Of a DNA stretch of 64,000 nucleotides, positions 19,738 to 30,314 are shown one piece after another; within the stretch, counting starts at the first letter, position 1, and each line of letters opens with the position of its first letter. The translations under genes and the position numbers were made by a program. Source of the stretch: an uncultured Gemmataceae bacterium (GTDB lineage Bacteria > Planctomycetota > Planctomycetia > Gemmatales > Gemmataceae); NCBI GenBank assembly GCA_963750165.1, contig CAVVPN010000011.1, positions 1,248,001 to 1,312,000 of the forward strand, written 5' to 3'. The notes below the pieces were generated by a model that searched no databases, was not told the DNA's origin, and saw nothing but the letters and a program-made list of their open reading frames with translations.

Positions 19738-21453
19738 ATGCACTCGATCCGTCTGGCGCTGCCGCTGTTCGCACTGGCGGCGCTGTTGCTGCCGCTGCTG
19801 TTGCCGCGCGTCGTCACCGCCGAGCCCGACGCCGACGCCACCGAACGCGCCCGCAAGTTTGTGGACGCCTTCACCACCAAAATCCGACCACTGGAGATCG
19901 CCGCCAACCGCGCCTGGTGGAACGCCAACATCACCGGCAAGGATGAGGACTTCAAGGCCAAGGAGGACGCCCAGAACCGCATCGACGAGTTCCTGTCCTA
20001 CAAGCCCGCCTTCCAGGAACTCAAGGCCATCAAGGCGGCCGGCGGCATCCAGGACAAGGTGCTCGCCCGGGCCATTGATGTCATCTACCTCGCTTATCTC
20101 GAAAAGCAGGTGGACGCCGAGTTGCTCCGAAAGATGACCGCCCTGTCCAACTCCATCGAGAAGAAGTTCAGCAACTTCCGCGCGGTCGTGGACGGCAAGG
20201 AACTGGAGGACGCCGAGATTCGCAAGATTTTGCGGACCTCCAAACTATCCGAGCGCCGCCGGGACGCCTACGAGGCCAGCAAGGAACTCGGCAAGGTCGT
20301 TGAGCCGGAGTTGAAACAACTCGTCAAGCTGCGCAACCAGACGGCGGTGCAGCTCGGCTTCAAGAACTACCACGCCCTGCAGCTGTTCCTGGCTGAGCAG
20401 AACGGCGACGACCTCATCAAGTTGTTCGACCAGCTCGACGAACTGACGCGGCAGCCGTTCGAGCAGGTCAAGGCCGAGATTGACGTGAAACTCGCCCAGA
20501 ACTGCGGCATCGAGGTGAAAGACTTGATGCCGTGGCATTACCACGACCCGTTTTTCCAGGAGACGCCCGCCGTCTTCAGCGCCGACCTCGACGCGGTGTA
20601 CGCCAAGCTCGACCTCATCAAGCTGAGCCGGGAATTTTACCGGGGCATCGGTCTGCCAATTGATTTGGTGATCGAGAAGACCGGCGACTTCGCGCCGCGC
20701 AAGGGCAAGAATCCACACGCCTTTTGCAGCGACCTGACACGCGACGGCACCGACGTGCGCGTGCTGGCCAATGTCGTGAACAACGCCTACTGGATGTCCA
20801 CGCTGCTGCATGAGTTCGGCCACTCGGTCTACAGCAGCATCAACATCCCGGCGAAACTGCCGTATGTGCTGCGCACCGAGGCACACATCCTGACCACCGA
20901 GGGCGTCGCCATGATGTTCGAGCGCCTGGCCAAGCGCCGCGCCTGGCTGGAGCAGATGGGCGTCAAGCTCGCAGACCCGCAGGCCTTCGAGGAGACCGGC
21001 GCCAGGATGCGCCGCGCACAACTGCTGATCTTTTCGCGCTGGTGCCAGGTGATGCTGCGTTTCGAGAAGGGCATGTATGAAAATCCCGACCAGGATCTGA
21101 ACAAGCTGTGGTGGGATCTGGTGGAGCGCTATCAGAACCTGCGACGGCCGCCGGGCCGCAACGCGCCGGACTACGGCAGCAAATATCACATCGTCGGCGC
21201 CCCGGTGTACTACCACAATTACATGATGGGTGAGATGTTCGCCTCGCAACTGCACCACGCCATCGCCCGTGAGGTGATGCAGGGGGCGGACCCGAATACG
21301 GTGGTGTACGTCGGCAACAAGGCGGTCGGTAGGTTCATGCGCGAGCGCGTCTTCACGCCGGGCCGCACGCTGACGTGGAACGAGCTAACGCGGCACGCCA
21401 CCGGCGCGGAGCTGAACGCGGAGGCGTTCGCCAGGGACTTCCGCGGCCAGTAG
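19738..21453 (+). CDS. Secreted M2/M3 family zinc metallopeptidase (peptidyl-dipeptidase-like)
   Basis: Signal peptide, PWHYHDPFFQE, HEFGH zinc motif, TEGVAM, PVYYHNY. Confidence 0.9.
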   Translation: MHSIRLALPLFALAALLLPLLLPRVVTAEPDADATERARKFVDAFTTKIRPLEIAANRAWWNANITGKDEDFKAKEDAQNRIDEFLSYKPAFQELKAIKAAGGIQDKVLARAIDVIYLAYLEKQVDAELLRKMTALSNSIEKKFSNFRAVVDGKELEDAEIRKILRTSKLSERRRDAYEASKELGKVVEPELKQLVKLRNQTAVQLGFKNYHALQLFLAEQNGDDLIKLFDQLDELTRQPFEQVKAEIDVKLAQNCGIEVKDLMPWHYHDPFFQETPAVFSADLDAVYAKLDLIKLSREFYRGIGLPIDLVIEKTGDFAPRKGKNPHAFCSDLTRDGTDVRVLANVVNNAYWMSTLLHEFGHSVYSSINIPAKLPYVLRTEAHILTTEGVAMMFERLAKRRAWLEQMGVKLADPQAFEETGARMRRAQLLIFSRWCQVMLRFEKGMYENPDQDLNKLWWDLVERYQNLRRPPGRNAPDYGSKYHIVGAPVYYHNYMMGEMFASQLHHAIAREVMQGADPNTVVYVGNKAVGRFMRERVFTPGRTLTWNELTRHATGAELNAEAFARDFRGQ

Positions 21454-21461
21454 TCAGATGA

Positions 21462-21589
21462 AACCACGGAACACACGGAACACACGGAAAAAAGACAAAG
21501 AGAAAAGCCCCCGGGTTGAAGTCCAGCGTGCGAACCCAGGGCCATTTTTCTTCGGTCTTTTTTCTGTGTTTTCCGTGTGTTCCGTGGTT
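21462..21589. repeat. 9-nt-periodic intergenic palindrome, (CACGGAACA)n type
   Basis: AACCACGGAACACACGGAACACACGGAA...TTCTGTGTTTTCCGTGTGTTCCGTGGTT between convergent genes. Confidence 0.8.
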
Positions 21590-21590
21590 G

Positions 21591-24359
21591 TTACCTCCCG
21601 CTCAGGCGGGCGAGGGCGGCCTGCGCCTGCTGCGTCGGCAGTGCCCCCGGCGCCCCCTGGGCCAGCGCCTGCAATACCTGTCGCGCCTCGGCCGTGCCCG
21701 CGCGTTCGAGCACCTCCACGGCACGCATCAGCCGCAACTGCTCCGCCGTCAGGTTCCCGGCGACCAGTCGATCCAGCAGCGCCTCCACGCGCCGCTGCGT
21801 CTCCAGCGCGGGTTTGGCGGCCAGCAGTTTTTGCAACGCCGGCACCGCCAGGCCGCCCAGCTTCAGCAGTTCTTTCGTGGCCCGGTCCCGGGTCTTGAAA
21901 TTCTTGCTGTCCAGGTCGGCGAGGAACCCTTGCAGGGTCTTCGCATCGACCGGGACCGCCGGCTTGAGCCGTTCGCCCAGGAACGGCACCGCCTGTTTGG
22001 GGGCCGCGGCCAGGCGCAGAATACCGTGATATGCCTTGCCGGCGTCCTCGCCGACCAGGTCGCCCCACAGTGCCGCCACTTCCTTCGGCGCCAGCGCCGC
22101 TGCAAGCCGCGGTGCCCGTTTCAAAGCGGCCAGCTCCCAGACCAGGACGGTGGTGTCCCGGCTGCCCGTCGCCAGGGTCTTGCCGTCCGCGGAAAAAGCG
22201 ACCGCGGAGAGGGCCCCGTCGTGTCCCTTGAACTGGCCGACTTCCTTGCCCGTGAGCACGTCCCAGACGGCGACCGCGTGACCCGCCCCCTTCGCGGCCA
22301 GCAACGTGCCGTCTGGCGAAAAGGCCACGGTCGGGGCGTTAAACATCGGCGGGGCGACGCCGCGGCCCCCGCCGAAACCGCCGAAACCGCCACCCATCAT
22401 CGGCCCAGGCTGCCGCGCGATCGGTTGGCCCAGGCGGGCGCGCTCCTTGCCGCTGGCGACCTCCCACAGGGAAATGGTCTGGTCGGCGTTCTCCACGGCG
22501 ATGACCCTGCCGTCGGGTGAATAGGCGATGCTCACCGTGCCGGGCTGCGGCAGTGTGATCTTGCGGATCTCCTTGCCGCTGGCCACGTCCCACAGCCGCA
22601 GCGTGTCGGCGGCCACGGCCGGGGCGGACTGCGGTTGATTGACAATCCGGATGCCCTGGGGCGTCCCAGACATGTAGGCGGCCACGGTGCGGCCGTCCGG
22701 CGACAGCGCCAGCGCGCTGCCCCCGGCGACTACCATGCCCCCGAAGCCACCCCCAATGCCCATCGCCCGGTCCACCGGCAGGGTGATGTGTCGCAGCTCG
22801 GTGCCCTTGACCACGTCGTGCAGCCGCAGGTCCGCGGTGCCGCGCGAGGCCAGCACCTGGCCGTTCGCCGAAAACGCCAGCGCCGTCGTGCCGGTTTCGT
22901 GCCCTTTCAACTGGTGTCGTTCCTTGCCGGTGGCGACCTCGACCAGGCGGATGGTGCCGCCGACCGCCAGGGCTGCGGTGCGGCCGTCGGGGGCGAAGGC
23001 CGCGTTGTGCGTCTCCGGCGGCGCCGCGATCTGGCCCAGTTCCTTGCCGGTGACGCCGTCCCAGCGGCGGATGATCTGATCGCTGCTGCCGGACACCAGG
23101 GCCTTGCCGTCGGGCGACACGGCCAGGGCCGAGACGGTGCCGCCGTGACCGCCGGCCAGGGGCTGTTCCTTGCCGGTGCCCACGTCCCACAGCCGCAGTG
23201 TCTGGCCGGCGGCCACGAGCAGGGCCTTGCCGTCCGGGGAGAAGGTAAACTCCTGCGGCGTGGCGGAGGTGATGCCGGGGACGATCAACACGAACCCGGC
23301 GTTGCCCGCGGTTGCCCCGGCGCTGAACTTGCGGAGTTCCTTGCCGGTATCGATCTCGAAGAGGTGAATCACCTGGTCGCGGCCCTTGACGGCCAGGGTT
23401 TTGCCGTCGGGCGCGAAGGCCAGGAACAGGGTGCCACGGTTCCCCGTGAGCTGGCGGAGTTCCCTGCCCGTGGCCGCCTCGCGCAGCACGATGCCGTTGA
23501 AGGCGGCACAGGCCAGGATTTTGCCGTTGGGCGAGAAGGCGAGGCCAGCCTGGGCGCGTGCCGCCTCCACGCGCCAGTGTTCCTTGCCCGTGGCCAGGTC
23601 CGTGAGGCGCACGAAGGACTCGACCATATTGTTGTCGTATGTCGTTTCCGCGGTGGCCAGGGTCTTACCGTCGGCTGAGAGGGCCATTCCGGGGCCGCCG
23701 CGGCCGCCGGTCACGAACAGGGCCACCTTGGCGTCCTGCTGTTTTTTCGGGTTCGGCTGGCGCAGCTCCTTGCCCGTCCTGGTATCCAGCAGGTGGATGA
23801 CCTGGGTCACCGTCCGCGCGACCAGCATTTTCCCGTCGGGCGTGAAGAGCAGGCCGGCCCTGCCCGCTTCCGGCGTTTTGATCTGGTGCAGTTCCTTGCC
23901 CGTGGCCACGTCCCACAAATAAATACCCTGGCCCGGGTAAGCGGCAGCCAGCACCTTGCCATCGGACGACAGGGCCACCGCCGCCGCGCCACGGATCGGG
24001 CCGAGCCCGGGGCGGGGCATCATCGCGGGGGGATTCTGACCCGGCGGCGGGCCCTGGAAGCGGCGCAGTTCCTTGCCGGTGGCGCGGTCCCACAACCGCA
24101 GCGTGCCGTCCTGGCTGGCGGTGACCACGGCCTTGCCGTCCAGGGCGAACGCCACGAACGAGACGTTCGCGCTGTGCCGCCAGCGCAGCGTGCCCAGGCG
24201 GGCGCGGGCGCCGGCCGGCAGCGGGTCACCGTGGGCGTCGGTTTTGGCCTGGCCCTGCGCCGCGGCGACGGCCGCGCAGACTGCCACCGCCACAGCCGTC
24301 AGCGTAAGGGCGGACCATCTTCCCAGGCGCGGAGCCTGGCCGGGGTTGCGTCGGAGCAT
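21591..24359 (-). CDS. Large secreted WD40-repeat protein with helical C-terminus (paralogue A)
   Basis: Signal peptide, DAHGDPLPAGARARLGT, many WD units, LWGDL...RAVEVLER tail. Confidence 0.9.
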   Translation of the reverse strand: MLRRNPGQAPRLGRWSALTLTAVAVAVCAAVAAAQGQAKTDAHGDPLPAGARARLGTLRWRHSANVSFVAFALDGKAVVTASQDGTLRLWDRATGKELRRFQGPPPGQNPPAMMPRPGLGPIRGAAAVALSSDGKVLAAAYPGQGIYLWDVATGKELHQIKTPEAGRAGLLFTPDGKMLVARTVTQVIHLLDTRTGKELRQPNPKKQQDAKVALFVTGGRGGPGMALSADGKTLATAETTYDNNMVESFVRLTDLATGKEHWRVEAARAQAGLAFSPNGKILACAAFNGIVLREAATGRELRQLTGNRGTLFLAFAPDGKTLAVKGRDQVIHLFEIDTGKELRKFSAGATAGNAGFVLIVPGITSATPQEFTFSPDGKALLVAAGQTLRLWDVGTGKEQPLAGGHGGTVSALAVSPDGKALVSGSSDQIIRRWDGVTGKELGQIAAPPETHNAAFAPDGRTAALAVGGTIRLVEVATGKERHQLKGHETGTTALAFSANGQVLASRGTADLRLHDVVKGTELRHITLPVDRAMGIGGGFGGMVVAGGSALALSPDGRTVAAYMSGTPQGIRIVNQPQSAPAVAADTLRLWDVASGKEIRKITLPQPGTVSIAYSPDGRVIAVENADQTISLWEVASGKERARLGQPIARQPGPMMGGGFGGFGGGRGVAPPMFNAPTVAFSPDGTLLAAKGAGHAVAVWDVLTGKEVGQFKGHDGALSAVAFSADGKTLATGSRDTTVLVWELAALKRAPRLAAALAPKEVAALWGDLVGEDAGKAYHGILRLAAAPKQAVPFLGERLKPAVPVDAKTLQGFLADLDSKNFKTRDRATKELLKLGGLAVPALQKLLAAKPALETQRRVEALLDRLVAGNLTAEQLRLMRAVEVLERAGTAEARQVLQALAQGAPGALPTQQAQAALARLSGR

Positions 24360-24406
24360 GTTGATCCTCCTGAGAATTTCCGCGGGCAAAAAGTAACGAA
24401 AGCATC

Positions 24407-24495
24407 GATTCACAGATGACACAGATAACACAGATAAAGACAAAAAGGAGAATTGATTTTGTCTTTATCTGTGTTATCTGTGTCATCTGTGGATC
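24407..24495. repeat. 9-nt-periodic intergenic palindrome, (CACAGATRA)n type
   Basis: CACAGATGACACAGATAACACAGATAAAGACAAAA...TTTTGTCTTTATCTGTGTTATCTGTGTCATCTGTG. Confidence 0.85.
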
Positions 24496-24498
24496 ACT

Positions 24499-27294
24499 TT
24501 ATTTGCTGAGCCAGGCGAGGGCGGCCTGCGCCTGCCGCGTCGGCAGCGCCCCGGCGCTCCCTGGGCCAGCGTCTGCAGCACCTGCCGCGCCTCGGTCGTG
24601 CCCGAGCGTTCGAGCGCCTCCACGGCACGCACCAGCCGAATCTGCTCCGCCGTCAGGTCGCCCACGGTCAGCTTTTCCAGCAGCGCTTCCACGCGCCGCT
24701 GCGTCTCCAGCGCGGGCTTGGTCGCGAGCAACTGCTGCAACGGCGGCACCGCCAGCTCACCCAGTTTGGCCAGCTCCGACGAGGCCCGGTCGCGCGTCTT
24801 GAAATTCTTGCTGCCCAGGTCCGCGAGCAGACCCGCCAGCTTCTGGGGATCGACCGGCACCGCCGGCTTCAATCGACCGGCCAGAAACGGCGCCGCCTGC
24901 TTGGAGTCCGCGGCCAGGCGCAGGATGCCGCGGTACGCCTTGGCGGCGTCCTCGCCGATCAGGTCCGTCCACAGCGCTGCCACTTCCTTCGGCTGCAGCG
25001 CCGCCGCGACCCGCGGCGTCCGCTTCAGGCCGGCCATGTCCCAGACCAGCGCCGTGGTGTCCTGACTGCCCGAGGCCAGGGTCTTGCCGTCCGCGGAGAA
25101 GACGACGGCGGTGATAGCTGCGTCGTGGCCCTTGAACTGGCCGATTTCCTTGCCAGCGACCACGTCCCACACGGCGACCGCGTTCCCTGGTCCCTTCGCC
25201 GCCAGCAGCTCGCCGTCCGGCGAAAAGGTCAGGGTCGGCGCGTACGGCGTCTGCCGGCCAAAGGTGCCGATGCCGCCACCGCCGATGGCGATGACCGCCG
25301 TTGGCCCAGGTTTCGGCCCGGCGACCGGGCTGCCCAGACGGGCGCGCTCCTTGCCGCTGGCGATCTCCCACAGGCTGATGGTCTGGTCGGCGTGCTCCGT
25401 GGCCAGGACGCGGCCGTCCGGGGAATAGGCCAGGCTGGTCGTGCCTGCCCTGGGCAGCGTGATCTTGCGGACCTCCTTGCCGGTGGCCACGTCCCACAGC
25501 CGTAGCGTGTCGGGGACTGCGGGCTGGGGCGGGTTGCCGATCCGGACGAACTGCGGCGTCGTCGCCAGGTGGACCGCCAGGGTCTGGCCGTCCGGCGAGA
25601 AGGCCAGCGCCCTGCCGCCGACGAACGCGCCGCCCCTGATCCCGCCGGGGTTCATGGCGACCTTTTCGACCGGCAGGTTGATGTGCCGCAGTTCGGTGCC
25701 CTTGACCGCGTCGTGCAACCGCAGATCGGCGTTGCCGCGCGAGGCCAGCACCTTGCCGCTGGGCGCGAACGCCAGCGCTACCGTGCCGTTGGTGTGACCC
25801 TTCAACTGATGCAGTTCCTTGCCGGTGGCCGTGTCGTGCAGGCGAATGGTGTCGCCGACCGCCAGGGCCACGGTGCGGCCGTCCGGCGCGAAGGCCGCGT
25901 TCTGCGTACCCGGCGGCGCCGCGAACCGGCCCAGTTCCTTGCCCGTGGCGCCGTCCCAGCGGCGAACGACGTGATCCGCCCCGTAGCTGGCCAGGGCCTT
26001 GCCGTCCGGCGCGACCCCCACGGTCAAAACGGGCCCGCGGTGACCGGCGGCCTGCGCTACCTCCTTGCCGCTGCCCACGTCCCAGAAGCGCACGACCTGC
26101 CCGACTCCTTCGACCAGAGTCTTGCCATCCGGGGAGAAGGCGAACTCCTGGGCCGCGCCACCGCCGAATGTGGTGAAGACCACCGCATTGCCGCCGCCAG
26201 CCAGGTTCATCCCCTCGCCGAACTGGCGAACTTCCTTGCCGCTGGCTGTCTCGAAGAGGCGGATGATCTGGTCGCGCCCATAGGCGGCCAGGGTGCCGCC
26301 GTCCGAAGTGAAGGCCAGGGTCGAGACCCCGGCCGGGGCCTTGATCTTGCGAACCTCCTTGTCGGTGGCCGCGTCGCGCAGCAGGATGGCGTTGCTACTG
26401 CCGTGGGCCAGGATCTTGCCGCTGGGCGAATAGGCCAGGCCGGTCACGCCGCCGGCCGTTCCCGCGATGCGGCGGATCTCCTTGCCGGCGTCCAGGTCTA
26501 CCAGCCGAATGTAAGCGCTCAGCTTGCCCTGCTGGAATTCCATTTCCGCGGTGGCCAGCGTTCTGCCGTCCGGGGACAGGGCCATGCCGGTGCCCGCACC
26601 CCCCGGCCCGAACATCACGACCGCGCCACCGCCGACGCGCTGGACCATTGGTGCCGCGATCTGACGCAGTTCCTTGCCCGTGGCGGTGTCCAGCAGGTGA
26701 ACGGCCCCGGTGCCCGCGCCACGACCAGGGTCTTGCCATCGGGCGTGAAGGCCAGCCCGCCCACGCCGCCCGCGAGGACCTTGAACTGCCGGAGCTGCTC
26801 GCCGGTGGCCACGTCCCACAGCACGATGCCCTGGCCGGGGGACGCAGCCGCCAATGCCAGCACTTTGCCATCCCGAGACAGGGACACTACCCCCGGGCCG
26901 CGCTTCATCCCGACCCAGCCGCCGACGGCGCGGGGCGGCATCACGGGCGGGTTCTTGCCCTCCGGGACCGGGAACCGTCGCAGTTCCTTGCCCGTCGCGC
27001 GGTCCCAGAGCCGCAGGGTGCCGTCCTGGCTGGCGGTCACCACGGCCTTGCCGTCCAGCGCGAACGCCACGAACGTCAAATTCCCGCCGTGCCGCCAACG
27101 CAGGGTGCCCAGGCGAGCGCGGCGCCGGCCGGCAGCGGGTCGCCGTGGGCGTCGGTTTTGGCCTGCTGCTGAACTGCTGCAGGCCGTGGGTGACCGATGA
27201 CGGTGATGGTCGCGCAGGCCAGCGCGGCCAGCGCCGTCACGAAGACGGCAGCCATTCGCAGGTACGCGGCCTGACCGGGGTGGTGTCGAAACAT
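24499..27294 (-). CDS. Large secreted WD40-repeat protein (paralogue B); apparent frameshifts near 27120, 26718 and 24550
   Basis: ORFs 27076..27294, 26615..27691 and 24483..27098 join colinearly with paralogue A; repaired end AALAWLSK*. Confidence 0.85.
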
Positions 27295-27657
27295 GGCGGT
27301 TCTCCTGTTGAGTGTACTCGAGACCGACCCTCAGCAGGGTGCCGGGCGCGAGCCAGGGGTTGGTGACGGAAACCGGTGCCGGGTGAGATCGACTAACCCA
27401 ACAGCATATCGGAGAGTCCACCGGGATTTTACTGAAATCCCATGAAAGGGAGATGAGCCACCGCCAGGGCGTTTCCTGTGACCGTACCCCCGTGGGGCAT
27501 TCACGTCGGAGCGGCTGGGTGAGTGAGGCAAACAGAGGGGCGATTACGCCGGTAACTCCTGGAGCAAAAAGGGGTTTTCGGCGCCGATTCGGCGCCGAAA
27601 CTAATGTGCGCTTGCTCTTAATTGAACGGTATTGGGGCCAATGCGGTTGGCCCTCGG

Positions 27658-27721
27658 GGGTAGCGGAAGTCGCCAGACTTCCGTCCGGCACTGCTCGGAA
27701 GTCTGGCGACTTCCGCTACCC
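27658..27721. repeat. GTAG-type REP doublet
   Basis: GTAGCGGAAGTCGCCAGACTTCCG...CGGAAGTCTGGCGACTTCCGCTAC; same family as 38078-38137. Confidence 0.85.
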
Positions 27722-27785
27722 AAACGCCACGCGCGCTAAACGTGCGGCGGAAAGAATGGCCGCTGATGGTTTCGCAGCCAGTACG

Positions 27786-28610
27786 TTATTTCTTTTCCTG
27801 GAACAGCATTGGCGCAATCAGGTACAGGTCGCTTCTCCAGACCGCGAAGGTGTGAGCGCCAGAGCCGACGTGCCAGACGTGCGGAACCTTGCGTTCCTCC
27901 AGGGCGGCGTGAAACGCCTTGTTGCCGTTCATCAGCGAGTCCTTGTCACCGCAGGAAACCCACAGCAGGCGGAGTTTCTTGACGGCCTCCACGTCCTTGA
28001 CGTACGGCAGCCCCTTGCCCTTGGCGAAAACGGGCGCCGCGAAGCCACCGACCCAGGCGAACTTGTCGGGGTGCTTCAGGCCGATGGTGTACGACTGCGT
28101 GCCGCCCATCGACAGCCCCGCGAGGGCGCGGTGCTCGGCGTCGGCCTGCACCGGGTAGCGCGACTCGACGAACGGGATGATGTCCTTGAGCAGTTCATTT
28201 TCAAAGCCGCCGACCAGGCCCTTGGGCTGTCCGGGGCCGGTGACGGTGCCGTTGGGCATCACCACGATCATCGGCACAACTTTCTTGTCGGCGTAGAGGT
28301 TGTCGAGGATGACGTTCGCCTTGCCACCCTTGGCGCTGGACCAGTTGGTTTGATTGCCGCCCTTGCCGTGCAGCAGGTACAGAACGGGATACTTTTTGTC
28401 CTTGGAATAGCCCGGCGGCAGGTAGACGACCAGCTTGCGTTTTTCGCCGGTGGTCTTGGAGTCGTACTCCTGGGTCTCGACCTTGCCGCGTTCGATGTCT
28501 TTGCGGAAGGCGTCGAAGCCCCTGGGGGCTGGCGACAATTGCGGCTGCTGGGCGTGGGCGACGGCGGTCAGGACCAGGACCAGGACAGCGAAGGGGACGA
28601 AGCGCTTCAT
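27786..28610 (-). CDS. Secreted alpha/beta-hydrolase esterase (CE1/Fes-like)
   Basis: VYLPPGY, YPVLYLLHG, AGLSMGG nucleophile, GAHTF. Confidence 0.9.
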   Translation of the reverse strand: MKRFVPFAVLVLVLTAVAHAQQPQLSPAPRGFDAFRKDIERGKVETQEYDSKTTGEKRKLVVYLPPGYSKDKKYPVLYLLHGKGGNQTNWSSAKGGKANVILDNLYADKKVVPMIVVMPNGTVTGPGQPKGLVGGFENELLKDIIPFVESRYPVQADAEHRALAGLSMGGTQSYTIGLKHPDKFAWVGGFAAPVFAKGKGLPYVKDVEAVKKLRLLWVSCGDKDSLMNGNKAFHAALEERKVPHVWHVGSGAHTFAVWRSDLYLIAPMLFQEKK

Positions 28611-28706
28611 GGCCACCTCACCTTATCATGGGAAAGACAACGGAACCAGAGAGGCACACCGTTGTAAACCCCACCCGGCCCGGTTGGCCCCGCCGCGGTA
28701 AAGGGA

Positions 28707-29735
28707 TTAAATGTCCAGCGCGTCCAGCTGGTCCATCAGGTTATCCAGGTCGTCCTTCGGCCCCTGCGTCTTGTCGGCCTGCCGCTTCGGAATGCCGACG
28801 CTCATGCCGACCGCGACGCGACCGTCGTTGACCAGTTCGTGGTCGCGCTCCGCCACGGCCTGCTCCAGCGCGTCCTTGATGTCGCCGCCGAACAGCCGCG
28901 TCAGGTCGATCTTCAAGCCGCTGATGGCCCCGACCGGCGCCCCTGCGATGGCCGGCGTCTTGTAGTCCGGGAACATGATCGCCTGTTCCGGACAGACGCG
29001 GCTGCACGCCGGACAGCCGCGCTTGCAGTTGTCCTGCTGTTCGACGGTGATGCGGTCGAGTTTGTCCACGCCGTAGACGCCAAACAGGCAAAAATCGATG
29101 CACTCCATGCAATTGGTGCAGCGGCTGTAGTCGATGACCGGGTACCAGCGCCGTGCCGGCGTTTGCAGCAGCTGCTCCGGCGCGAAGCTCGGCGCCTCCG
29201 GCTTGCGCAGTTCCAGGTTCAGCGGCACAATCACGGGGTTGGCCCGTGCCTGTTCCGCCTGCTTCGCCTCGCGGCGGCTGCGGCACTCGACGGCAATGCG
29301 GCGGATTTCTTCGACGAACGGCTGGTGTTGATTACGGTCGCGCAGGTCGATGCAGTAAATGTGCCGGTCCGGCACGTCGAGCGCCCCGATGCCCTTCGGC
29401 GGCTCCGGTTCGCCGGTTTCCTCCTCGTCCTCGTCGCCGTCGTCGGCGGGCTTCAGCAGGGTTTCGCCGAAGTGGCCCTTGATGCCGTCACGGTCGAGCA
29501 GCCAGAAGGCGGCGCGCGGATACAGCCAGCAGAGCACGATCAAGTCGCCCGCCACCGACTCCAGGTACAGCCGGCCCGTGTGCTGGGCGTCCAGGTCGTA
29601 CAGGTGCGGCAGGACGGACAGGTCGATGCCCGGTTCGCCGAGCAGGGCCGCGACAATGCTCTCTTCCAGGGCGCGTTTGGCGGGGTGCTTGCCCTGTGCT
29701 TGCGACAGCACGACGGTCAGCCGGGAACGGCTCAT
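28707..29735 (-). CDS. 2x[4Fe-4S] ferredoxin-domain protein with uncharacterised N-terminal domain
   Basis: CTNCMECIDFC and CKRGCPACSRVCP; start overlaps little or abuts the GcvH-like gene (16 nt gap). Confidence 0.85.
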   Translation of the reverse strand: MSRSRLTVVLSQAQGKHPAKRALEESIVAALLGEPGIDLSVLPHLYDLDAQHTGRLYLESVAGDLIVLCWLYPRAAFWLLDRDGIKGHFGETLLKPADDGDEDEEETGEPEPPKGIGALDVPDRHIYCIDLRDRNQHQPFVEEIRRIAVECRSRREAKQAEQARANPVIVPLNLELRKPEAPSFAPEQLLQTPARRWYPVIDYSRCTNCMECIDFCLFGVYGVDKLDRITVEQQDNCKRGCPACSRVCPEQAIMFPDYKTPAIAGAPVGAISGLKIDLTRLFGGDIKDALEQAVAERDHELVNDGRVAVGMSVGIPKRQADKTQGPKDDLDNLMDQLDALDI

Positions 29736-29751
29736 CGAAGTCCCTCGACGG

Positions 29752-30201
29752 TTACATGTGGCCCTTGAGCAGCCGCTGAGTGGTTTCCCAGCCGGTCTCC
29801 AGGAATTGATAGTATTGCTCGACGGTCATGGTGGCCGTGGCGTCGCCGATCATCTCGAACAGCCAGCCGGCCCCGTAGTTCTCGACGTTGATGGCGCTCG
29901 GATCCTTCAGTAATTCGCCGTTGAATTCGATCAGCGTTCCGGCAATGGGTGCGAACAGGTCCGACAGCGCCTTGCTTGTCTCGATATGGCCGATCTGCTG
30001 TTTGAGCTGGAGCGCGTCGCCGGCGTTGACGCACCAGTCGAGGAAGTACACGTCCTGCATGAGCCGCACCGCGTAGGACGTGAAGCCGAAGCGGTGCCGC
30101 GCGCCGGTGCTGCGGCACCACATGTGGTTGCGCGCGTAGCGCAACTCGCCCGGCAGCACGGCGGGGAACTTGCCCATCAGGAAGGTCATGTCGTCGGCCA
30201 T
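29752..30201 (-). CDS. Glycine cleavage H-like lipoyl carrier protein
   Basis: YARNHMW, GFTSYA, IETSKALSDLFAP (lipoyl Lys), INVENYGAGWLF; no gcvP/T/L in the window. Confidence 0.85.
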   Translation of the reverse strand: MADDMTFLMGKFPAVLPGELRYARNHMWCRSTGARHRFGFTSYAVRLMQDVYFLDWCVNAGDALQLKQQIGHIETSKALSDLFAPIAGTLIEFNGELLKDPSAINVENYGAGWLFEMIGDATATMTVEQYYQFLETGWETTQRLLKGHM

Positions 30202-30216
30202 CACCCGTCTCAAATT

Positions 30217-30309
30217 TAGCCACAGAGGACACAGAGGACACAGAGAGAAAGAAAAAATACTACGCGGTCTTTCTCTTTCTCTCTGTGTCCTCTGTGTCCT
30301 CTGTGGCTA
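30217..30309. repeat. 9-nt-periodic intergenic palindrome, (CACAGAGGA)n type
   Basis: TAGCCACAGAGGACACAGAGGACACAGAGAGAAAGA...TCTTTCTCTCTGTGTCCTCTGTGTCCTCTGTGGCTA. Confidence 0.85.
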
Positions 30310-30314
30310 GTTTT

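Noticed and set aside
29752..30201. Calling a glycine cleavage operon
   Set aside because: No P, T or L protein genes in the window; only an H-like carrier
30217..30309. Periodic repeats as a possible CRISPR array
   Set aside because: Units are 9 nt, tandem and inverted with no unique spacers; no cas genes in the window
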